Origin: Candidatus Poribacteria bacterium
Lineage (GTDB): Bacteria; Poribacteria; WGA-4E; WGA-3G
Assembly (NCBI GenBank): GCA_003635315.1
Contig: PYJD01000023.1
Coordinates: 134,502 to 198,501, forward strand
Direction: 5' to 3'
DNA: 64,000 bases
Position numbers and translations under genes: made by a program. Positions 51,865-59,944 of this stretch are shown piece by piece (position 1 is the stretch's first letter; every line of letters begins with the position of its first letter). The notes beneath the pieces are model-generated. The model was not told where the DNA came from and made no database searches. It worked only from the letters and a program-made list of their open reading frames with translations.

Positions 51865-52716
51865 ATGAGACATTCAATTTTTTCTTACAGCTATTTTATA
51901 ACTATCTTCATATTGTATATAGTCTTAATTGGTTGTAACAGTGAAGATCCTACAGACTCACTCATTGAGACTAATTTGTTGAATGAAGATACAATCATCG
52001 ACACAGATGAAATGGTCTTCATACCAGCAGGTGAAGTAACTATTGGTACTAATGAGAAAACTGAGGATACCTTTGGGAATGAAATTGATCAACAAACTGT
52101 TTTCGTTAAATCATTCTATATTGATAAGTATGAAGTCACCAATGGTCAGTACAAAGAATTCCTCATAGATACAGGACACAGAAAACCAAAGTTTTGGGAT
52201 AATCCAAATCTTAATGCACAGAATCAACCTGTTGTTGGTGTTAACTGGGAAGATGCTGAATCCTATGCAAATTGGGCTGGTAAGAGATTACCAACCGATA
52301 TTGAATGGGAAAAAGCTGCAAGAGGTATGGATGGTCGTCTGTATCCATGGGGGAATGCGTTCAATACATCATTTGGAAACTTTGATGACAATAGTAAAAT
52401 GGATGGAAAATTAGATGGGTACGCTTTACAGACTGCTGCTATTGGTAGTTATCCTAAAGGTGTAAGTCCATTTGGAATACATGATATGGCAGGAAATGTA
52501 TGGGAATGGGTAGAAGGTACTATTGATAGTGGTTTCAAGATACCAATTCCTGAAAATGGTAAGAACATTATGACAAATGGTAGAGTCTACACGATTAGAG
52601 GTGGATCTTGGACGAATGGTCATGGTGACACCCGAACCACAGTTTTTTATATATATCCTGCACAATGTAGTGATCATAGTAGTTCTGTTGGATTTCGTTG
52701 TGCTAAATCACTATAA
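51865..52716 (+). CDS. FGE-sulfatase (DUF323) domain lipoprotein lacking the FGE catalytic Cys pair
   Basis: Lipobox LIGCNSE. YEVTNGQYKEF, RLPTDIEWEKAARG, GNVWEWVEG, RGGSW and a GFRCAKS tail. No LCHxxYC motif. Confidence 0.8.
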   Translation: MRHSIFSYSYFITIFILYIVLIGCNSEDPTDSLIETNLLNEDTIIDTDEMVFIPAGEVTIGTNEKTEDTFGNEIDQQTVFVKSFYIDKYEVTNGQYKEFLIDTGHRKPKFWDNPNLNAQNQPVVGVNWEDAESYANWAGKRLPTDIEWEKAARGMDGRLYPWGNAFNTSFGNFDDNSKMDGKLDGYALQTAAIGSYPKGVSPFGIHDMAGNVWEWVEGTIDSGFKIPIPENGKNIMTNGRVYTIRGGSWTNGHGDTRTTVFYIYPAQCSDHSSSVGFRCAKSL

Positions 52717-52774
52717 CTTATCATAACTAACAACGGTATATATATATAATTCTGTGCTATTCTGAGTTTAGATT

Positions 52775-53686
52775 ATGAAAGAAAATAGTTCAAAGTCTTT
52801 TCTCTTTTTAACTATATGCTGTATGGTTATTATTCTCTTTAATAATGGATGTACTGAAAAGAATCTTAAAGAGGATGAAAATCAGATAACAATGGGTAGT
52901 ATAGAATTGACTGAGAAACCTGAAGAAAAAATAGAAATGGAAGAAACGATAGAAATTCCTGATGGCATGGTATATGTTCCTGCAGGAGACTTCATTATGG
53001 GTAGTGATCCAGATGTTGATCCTCATACAGATCAACTCGATGAAATACCACAACATAAGGTATATTTGGATGCCTTTTTTATTGACAAGTATGAAGTATC
53101 GAATGATGACTATACCAAGTTTGTTAAAGCTACAGGACACCGAAATTCCATTTTTTGGGACAATCCGAAATTCAATCATCCTGATGCACCTGTCGTCGGG
53201 GTAACATGGGGAGACGCTGTTGCTTATGCAGAATGGGTCGGAAAACGACTTCCAACAGAAGCAGAATGGGAAAAAGCAGCAAGAGGAACTGATGCACGCA
53301 TTTGGCCGTGGGGTAATGAATTTGATCCGAAGAAATGCAATTTTGATGATGAAGGAAAATTTGATGGACATCTCGATGGGTTTGCAACTGCTGCCCCTGT
53401 AGATAGTTTTCATAATGGGGCAAGTCCATATGGCGCGCTTAACATGGTTGGTAATGTAGCGGAATGGGTGGCTGACTGGTTTGACACGGATTATTATATT
53501 GTCAGTCCAAGAGAAAATCCAAAAGGACCAAAAAATAGTGGTATGGGGAAGAAATCATGGCGTGGAGCAAGTTGGTTTGCTGGCGAAGATCAAGTCCGTT
53601 GTGCATTTAGAGAATATGATGACATTGTCGCAAGCGGACAGATTCTCGGGTTTCGTTGTGCGAAAGATGTACCACAAGAAGAATAA
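52775..53686 (+). CDS. FGE-sulfatase (DUF323) domain lipoprotein lacking the FGE catalytic Cys pair
   Basis: Lipobox FNNGCTEK. YEVSNDDYTKF, RLPTEAEWEKAARG, GNVAEWVADW, RGASW and a GFRCAKD tail. Confidence 0.8.
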   Translation: MKENSSKSFLFLTICCMVIILFNNGCTEKNLKEDENQITMGSIELTEKPEEKIEMEETIEIPDGMVYVPAGDFIMGSDPDVDPHTDQLDEIPQHKVYLDAFFIDKYEVSNDDYTKFVKATGHRNSIFWDNPKFNHPDAPVVGVTWGDAVAYAEWVGKRLPTEAEWEKAARGTDARIWPWGNEFDPKKCNFDDEGKFDGHLDGFATAAPVDSFHNGASPYGALNMVGNVAEWVADWFDTDYYIVSPRENPKGPKNSGMGKKSWRGASWFAGEDQVRCAFREYDDIVASGQILGFRCAKDVPQEE

Positions 53687-53735
53687 CCATATCAAATTGT
53701 TGGATGAATACTAATTATAGCATGTATTCATTAGA

Positions 53736-55001
53736 ATGATGAAGAAACCATTAACTTCTATCGGGATAATTAATTGCTTATTATTAATCATTATCGCATG
53801 TGGTGAAGATACAACCTTCAATAATGACATCGATAATGAGTTTGAAGTAGATATTTTCACAGAACGTGAATGGGCAGTAATACAACGTTTATCTCCATTG
53901 CCTATTGAACCACCTCCAAGTCATACAAATCGATTTGCTGATAATCCTGATGCAGCAATATTGGGTCAGAAGTTCTTCTTTGATGAACGATTCTCAAAGG
54001 ATGGAACAGTAGCATGTTCGACTTGCCACTCCCCATTTTACGGGTTCGCAGATGCAGAAGCGACTTCATTAGGGGCTGGTAGAGGAACAAGAAATGCACC
54101 AACACTATTAAATGTAGCCTACAATAAGTGGCAATTCTGGGATGGTCGGGCAGATACACTATGGTCCCAAGCTCTTATCGCATTAGAAGGGGATACAGAA
54201 CAAGCAGGGACACGACTACAGTTTGCACATCTTATAAACGAATATTATAAGTCAGAATATATCAAGGTTTTCGGTGAATTTCCTAATTTAACAGATACAA
54301 ATAAATTCCCAAAGGATGGAAAACCGGGAGATCAACAATATGACAATATGGCAGAGAAAGATAAGGTTTCGATTAACACTGTCTTCGCTAATATCGGTAA
54401 GGCAATTGAAGCCTATGAACGACTCTTGATCAGTAGGAATGCTCCCTTCGACAAGTATGTGGCAGGTGATAGAAATGCAATTGGAGAAGAAGCTAAACGG
54501 GGATTAAAAACCTTCATTGGAAAGGGTGTCTGTATTCTATGTCATGATAATCCTAATTTCACTGACAATGAGTTCCACAATCTTGGTGTACCACAGGGAC
54601 AACTTTCTACGGATACAGGACGGTATGATGGTATAAAACAATTAATAGATAATCCTTTCAATGGAGGGGGAATTTATAGTGATGAACCTACTGTCTCTCA
54701 ACGAATTATTGATTTTCTTGAACCCACATCATTACATCAAGGGCAATTTAAGACCCCAACACTAAGAAACGTTGCACTTACTGCTCCCTATTTTCATACG
54801 GGTGGATTCCCAACGTTGGCATCAGTCATTGAATTTAACAATGCTGGGGGTGTTCCGTCAGGTTTTGTTGGTACCAGAGAGGGAACACTTGAACCCTTAC
54901 ATCTTACCGTACAGGAAGCAGAAGAATTAGTTGAATTCCTTCTAACACTTACTGGTGAATTACCAGCTGAGTATCTATTAAGAAAACCCATCCTTCCATA
55001 G
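53736..55001 (+). CDS. Di-haem cytochrome c peroxidase (CCP/MauG family) lipoprotein, paralogue of 50409..51704
   Basis: Lipobox IIIACGED; CSTCHSPFYGF and GVCILCHDNP haem motifs; FKTPTLRNVALTAPYFHTG. About 60% identical to the first CCP over the catalytic core. Confidence 0.85.
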   Translation: MMKKPLTSIGIINCLLLIIIACGEDTTFNNDIDNEFEVDIFTEREWAVIQRLSPLPIEPPPSHTNRFADNPDAAILGQKFFFDERFSKDGTVACSTCHSPFYGFADAEATSLGAGRGTRNAPTLLNVAYNKWQFWDGRADTLWSQALIALEGDTEQAGTRLQFAHLINEYYKSEYIKVFGEFPNLTDTNKFPKDGKPGDQQYDNMAEKDKVSINTVFANIGKAIEAYERLLISRNAPFDKYVAGDRNAIGEEAKRGLKTFIGKGVCILCHDNPNFTDNEFHNLGVPQGQLSTDTGRYDGIKQLIDNPFNGGGIYSDEPTVSQRIIDFLEPTSLHQGQFKTPTLRNVALTAPYFHTGGFPTLASVIEFNNAGGVPSGFVGTREGTLEPLHLTVQEAEELVEFLLTLTGELPAEYLLRKPILP

Positions 55002-55385
55002 ATTATTTCATACCATGAAATCCACAGAATTATTACTGAACTTACACTTTTATTCACTGCCTAATAACAATCTAATGTAGAGTATTTAGTGATTACTATA
55101 GTTAGTAATTATTTGACTTTAATTACATAAATTGATACAATTATATACAGGTGTTGATAGATTATTTCTAAAATATTCTTAGATTTTCTGTCAGTAGTCA
55201 GATATAGAAATATCGAAGATCTTAGTATCAAATTCGATATTTTAGCGTTTTCTGCGGATTAACCCTAAATATCAGACTTACCGCATAAACAAATTCTGAG
55301 TTACGAATAACTATCTTTGTAACGCTCTATATTAACCTAAGGAATTAAAATATTAAATTCATTTTCATATAATAAGGAGTGTAAA

Positions 55386-56204
55386 ATGAAAAAAGTGATA
55401 TTTACTATGGCTATGGTAATAGGGTATTCTTTAACTCTATTAACTTCTCCAATGCCAAGTATTGCATTACCACTTGGAGAAGTAGCCATATTTACTGAAC
55501 AATCCGGTTGGATCGCTCAGAATGCAGCACAGAGAGAAGGGGAAGTATTGGCGGACCTGCTAAAGAAACCTACTGATGTTGTTACTCTGACAGACAAAGA
55601 AATTGGTGATTGGGCTAAAGAACGTACAGATAACGGTATAGCTGATATTATCGTTACCTTCGGTTGGTTCCCAACAACCCTATACCCACCCGGTAATCAA
55701 AAGCCAGATGGTTCCGTGGCTGAAGATTTCCTTGAAGGGGGAAATGTTTTCCTTAACACTGCTGACTATATCTTTTATGTCACACAAGGTGGTGGTGCCA
55801 ATGGTGAACAAGGTTTGAAAAACATGATGGACATTAATGCTGACATGTGGTCAGGTGGTTCTGGGATCAAACCTACTGCTGATGGGAAAAAATATACACC
55901 AAGTCTGGGTAATTTTACTTCAGAACGTACATTCAAAGCAGCACAGATTACTGATCCATGGGAAGTTGAAGTCACCTTAGGCGATACTGGATCCGGTAAT
56001 ATCGATCCAGCAATCGTCCATGATACTGAAACCGGTGGACGTATAGGGATTGCTTTTCAAGAACCAAATAACGCTGGACTCCCACGAGGTAAGGTCTTAG
56101 CAGAGATGATTGATAACTTCCTTTTCGAAGTTCTTGGCCCTCAAGCTGTTGATCCGCAACAGAAAGCTACAACCACATGGGGACTTTTAAAATCTGATTT
56201 TTAA
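55386..56204 (+). CDS. Secreted protein of unknown function, 272 aa, ending in ATTTWGLLKSDF
   Basis: ATAAGGAGTG RBS; signal peptide MKKVIFTMAMVIGYSLTLLTSPMPSIA. Conserved blocks FGWFPTTLYPPGN and NTADYIFYVTQGGGANGEQGLK. No family recognised. Confidence 0.5.
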   Translation: MKKVIFTMAMVIGYSLTLLTSPMPSIALPLGEVAIFTEQSGWIAQNAAQREGEVLADLLKKPTDVVTLTDKEIGDWAKERTDNGIADIIVTFGWFPTTLYPPGNQKPDGSVAEDFLEGGNVFLNTADYIFYVTQGGGANGEQGLKNMMDINADMWSGGSGIKPTADGKKYTPSLGNFTSERTFKAAQITDPWEVEVTLGDTGSGNIDPAIVHDTETGGRIGIAFQEPNNAGLPRGKVLAEMIDNFLFEVLGPQAVDPQQKATTTWGLLKSDF

Positions 56205-56280
56205 TTGGAATTATTAACGCTATTATGTAATAATAATGATTCAATATATCCTTGTATTATAACTCTCAAAGGAGAATTTA

Positions 56281-57099
56281 ATGAACTTGAGAAAATTGAT
56301 ATTCGCATTTACCATCCTTTTTGTTTTCGTCGCTACTACATCCAGTTGGGCAGGACTTGGCGATGTTGCTATCTTCAGTGAAGCAACAGGATGGATATCA
56401 AAAGATAATGCTGACATTCAGCGCGCTATTGTATTTGATAATTTAAAGGACGAAGTGGCTTCTGTTGGTGATGTTGTCTATAAAACCGATGAAGAAATTG
56501 GTCCTTGGGCAGAAGATAGAATTGATGATGGGAAAGCTGACATTATCATCGTTTTTGGTTGGTTCCCAACTACTCTATATACACCTGGGAATTCACAGGT
56601 TGATGATTCAATCGCAGAACGTTTCCTATACGGTGGGAATATCATTCTAAATTGTGCTGACTATGCTTTCTATGTTACACAAGGTGGTGGTGCAAATGGT
56701 GAGAATGGTTTGAAAACCATCATTAATATCAATGCTGATATGTGGGGTGGTGGTACGGCTATTACACCTACTGATGATGGAGAGAAATATACACCTTCCT
56801 TGGTGAATTTTACTTCTGAACGTCCTTTTAAAGCAGACCAAATTGTTGATCCATGGAGTGTTGAAGCAAAATTCGGTGATAACGGCGATACCTTCTTTGA
56901 TCCAGGTATCATTAAGTTGAATGATAGCAGTGGACGTGTTGGTATCTGTATGCAAGAACCAAATAGAGGCGACTTGCCACGCGGTCAAGTCTTAATTGAA
57001 ATGATCAGTTTCATTTCAATGCAAGATGATGTTGCTACTCCGGTTGAACCAAATGGTAAAACTTCTACGACATGGGGTACACTTAAAGCTTCTTGGTAA
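56281..57099 (+). CDS. Tandem paralogue of 55386..56204 (272 aa, secreted), ending in TSTTWGTLKASW
   Basis: AAAGGAGAA RBS; signal peptide MNLRKLIFAFTILFVFVATTSSWA; ~55% identical to the upstream paralogue, including FGWFPTTLYTPGN and NCADYAFYVTQGGGANGENGLK. Confidence 0.5.
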   Translation: MNLRKLIFAFTILFVFVATTSSWAGLGDVAIFSEATGWISKDNADIQRAIVFDNLKDEVASVGDVVYKTDEEIGPWAEDRIDDGKADIIIVFGWFPTTLYTPGNSQVDDSIAERFLYGGNIILNCADYAFYVTQGGGANGENGLKTIININADMWGGGTAITPTDDGEKYTPSLVNFTSERPFKADQIVDPWSVEAKFGDNGDTFFDPGIIKLNDSSGRVGICMQEPNRGDLPRGQVLIEMISFISMQDDVATPVEPNGKTSTTWGTLKASW

Positions 57100-57133
57100 T
57101 CTCAATCGGTTCTACAAGGCAAATCAATTAAAA

Positions 57134-57178
57134 GGAAAAGCGTATCTTCCAAATGGATGATACGCTTTTCCTTTATAC
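57134..57178 (+). terminator. Rho-independent terminator after the paralogue pair
   Basis: Perfect 13-bp stem ggaaaagcgtatc / gatacgcttttcc with a 12-nt loop, followed by tttatac. Confidence 0.6.
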
Positions 57179-57662
57179 TATTAGAGTTATTATACTATTT
57201 CAAATTGATTGTATGACATTATGTTACACCTTCCTCTGTAGTAGGGAACTCCAATTCCCGATCTTCTTTCAATGGTCAATGGAAAACTATTATTATAAAT
57301 GGTATAACGACATATCGAAACGTAACCTCTAATGAAAAATGACAATAATTAGCCATTATTCTGAAACGAGAACTTCCAACTAACCTCATAAAGAAGCACA
57401 TACTGAAAGTTTTCGCTACAAGACACCAACTTATGATATAGATTGAAAATAAATTGAAGAAATTTAAATGATCACACATCACATATTTGAAATAGAGTTG
57501 ACAGAATAGGAACACTATGTTACAATAACATATAGAGAATAAATATAATACTTATGCTAATATATAATATTAGATAAAGCATTAAATTTACGAATCTATA
57601 AACAGTTCTACAAATCACAATAATATAACACATACTAATTCCGCAATTAAGGTTTCTAATAA

Positions 57663-58065
57663 GAGAAATAAATGATGATTATCTACAAAAACGATCCTAA
57701 ATGCAAAAAAATATTTATGTCAAAAAACCGACATTATTTGCCGGTAGGAATTGTCAAAATTCGCAAGAACATTAATAGAACAAAATCACACTTTTTGCAA
57801 ATTCTTATAAAGTTAATTCAAAGTGGAGTAAAGTCAGTCTATGACAGAGGTTAGAGGGGTAATTTACACCAATTTCAATGACACAGAATGTGTCAAAAAG
57901 TGTAACTTTTTTCAGTTTTTCAACGAATTGAAAAACACAACATTTTCACGATTTATCATCAGGGAATTTAGGATTAAAGGTCTGTTTTTGCACCTTATTA
58001 GTTGTCCATATATTAGGATTAAAAGTCAAAACTACGACTATGAATTCTAATACTATATAAGAAAA
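57663..58065 (+). repeat. Copy D of the dispersed non-coding element (A/D subfamily), ending ~80 bp upstream of the FAH gene
   Basis: ~88% identical to 14171-14580. It includes gacacagaatgtgtcaaaaagtgtaacttttttcagtttttc and cagggaatttaggattaaa(g/a)gtctgtttttgcacct. Confidence 0.6.
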
Positions 58066-58140
58066 CTATCGATATGTTTAAAATTGATTTTAGATCCTAT
58101 CTATGATATAAGATACAAAGCCTAAAAGGAGAGAATACTT

Positions 58141-59091
58141 GTGAAACTTGTCTCGTTTAAATTGATATCTGATGACCAATCTACCAGACTGGGTGCATTA
58201 ATTGATGGTGAACAAATTGCTGATCTCAATTTAGATACATCGGATATGACCGAATTCTTTGAACAAAACCTGATTGAGAATGCAAAAAAGAGTATTGATA
58301 CTATTGAAAAGCAGATTCGTGATGGAGCGGATATTTCTGATTCAGTATTCAGTATTAGTGAGATTGAACTCCTTGCACCATTTCCACGTCCATTGAGTTT
58401 AAGAGATTTCGGTGTATTCAAAACACATATGGATGCAGCATCCCGGATTACAGGAAAACCAATATCAGAAGAATGGTATAAATTACCTAACTACTATCGA
58501 GGAAGTGCAAGTCCAGGGTCAATTGCTGGACACGAGGCGATTGTTACATGGCCAAACTATACCGAAAAGTTGGATTTTGAACTTGAATGGGGTGTTTATA
58601 TTGGCAAAACTGGTAAGAATATACCAATTGAGGAAGCACATGATTATATCGCTGGATTCACGATTTTCAATGATATCAGTGCACGCGATATACAATTTCG
58701 CCATATGACACTATCGCTCGGTCCGGCTAAAGGTAAGGACTTTGATAATAGTAATATTATGGGACCATATCTTGTAACAACAGATGATATCGGAGACCCG
58801 TATAACCTAAAAATGACTGCCAAGGTAAATGGAGAACTCTGGTCAGAGGGTACTACTGCAGATATGTATTATTCATTTGCAGAGATGATCTCATTTGTGT
58901 CACAGTCTGAGACTATCTTCCCAGGTGAATTCTTAGGTTCAGGAACAGTCGGTATGGGGTGTGGATGGGAACTTGATAGATGGATACAACCCGGTGATGT
59001 GATTGAGCTTGAAGTTGAAAATATCGGGATACTCCGGAACACAATTGGTGAACCAGAAGTAAATCCCGCTGCTTGGAAGGAAAAAGTATAA
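58141..59091 (+). CDS. Fumarylacetoacetate hydrolase (FAH)-family protein
   Basis: GTG start with AAAGGAGAG RBS. FAH-fold motifs GHEAIVTWPNYTEKLDFELEWGVYIGKTG and FTIFNDISARDIQ. Confidence 0.8.
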   Translation: MKLVSFKLISDDQSTRLGALIDGEQIADLNLDTSDMTEFFEQNLIENAKKSIDTIEKQIRDGADISDSVFSISEIELLAPFPRPLSLRDFGVFKTHMDAASRITGKPISEEWYKLPNYYRGSASPGSIAGHEAIVTWPNYTEKLDFELEWGVYIGKTGKNIPIEEAHDYIAGFTIFNDISARDIQFRHMTLSLGPAKGKDFDNSNIMGPYLVTTDDIGDPYNLKMTAKVNGELWSEGTTADMYYSFAEMISFVSQSETIFPGEFLGSGTVGMGCGWELDRWIQPGDVIELEVENIGILRNTIGEPEVNPAAWKEKV

Positions 59092-59093
59092 CT

Positions 59094-59843
59094 GTGCGGC
59101 TCAAGGATAAAGTGGCTATCATTACCGGTGCAGCATCTGGAATAGGAAAAGCTACTGCTAAGCTATTCGCAGAACATGGTGCGATGACTGTAATCGCGGA
59201 TATTGACACGGAAGGTGGGGAGTTAACTGTAACTGACATTAAGAATAAAGGACACCAAGGGAGTTTTATCCATACTGATGTGACGATTCAGGACAGAACA
59301 CAACACATGGTAGACCAAACGGTTAATCTATATGGTAAGCTTGATATAATCGTAAATAGTGCTGGTATTGCAATGCGTCTACCGGTTGATCAATTACCTG
59401 AAGATGATTGGCATCATTGTTTAGGTGTTAACCTAACGGGAGTCTTTCTTTCTTCAAAGGCTGCAATTCCTGCAATGCGGAAGAATGGTGGTGGATCTAT
59501 AATTAATCTGTCCTCTATATATGGATTAGTTGGGGCTGAAGTACGTGCAGCTTATGTGGCATCAAAAGGTGCTGTAACCAATCTTACTCGAGGTATGGCA
59601 CTCGATTATGCTGAAGATAACATACGTGTAAACTGTATCTGTCCAGGATTTGTTGAAACACCTTTAGTAGCAGGGGTTGTGAAGAATCCTGAAGAGTATC
59701 AGAAATTGGCAAATAAACACCCATTACGTAGATTGGGACAACCTACTGAAATTGCCTATGGTGCCGTTTATCTTGCTTCTGATGAATCTGCGTTTGTTAC
59801 CGGTATTGCTTTACCTATTGATGGTGGTTATACTGCAGGTTAA
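59094..59843 (+). CDS. SDR-family NAD(P)-dependent oxidoreductase
   Basis: KDKVAIITGAASGIGKATAKLFAEHGA (TGxxxGIG); catalytic YVASKGAV (YxxxK). GTG start at 59094 with GGAAGGAAAAAG RBS; the ORF-track TTG at 59073 would overlap the FAH gene. Confidence 0.85.
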   Translation: MRLKDKVAIITGAASGIGKATAKLFAEHGAMTVIADIDTEGGELTVTDIKNKGHQGSFIHTDVTIQDRTQHMVDQTVNLYGKLDIIVNSAGIAMRLPVDQLPEDDWHHCLGVNLTGVFLSSKAAIPAMRKNGGGSIINLSSIYGLVGAEVRAAYVASKGAVTNLTRGMALDYAEDNIRVNCICPGFVETPLVAGVVKNPEEYQKLANKHPLRRLGQPTEIAYGAVYLASDESAFVTGIALPIDGGYTAG

Positions 59844-59944
59844 ACAGATTGAGATTGAACTATGATCTGAAGACAATTCTACTATTCATAAGAAAGAATA
59901 AGAACAATACTTGGTTGAGGTAATACACCTCAGCTTTTTTATTA

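Noticed and set aside
51865-53686. Considered calling the FGE-domain lipoproteins GldK/GldJ (PorK) T9SS core components
   Set aside because: They are about 280-300 aa, much shorter than PorK/GldK. They are not followed by porL/porM/porN-like genes and sit between cytochrome c peroxidases. Kept as generic FGE-sulfatase-domain proteins.
59073-59093. TTG start at 59073 for the SDR gene, giving a 19-nt overlap with the FAH gene
   Set aside because: The in-frame GTG at 59094 sits directly after the FAH stop with a GGAAGGAAAAAG RBS and gives a typical ~249-aa SDR. Preferred the shorter start.
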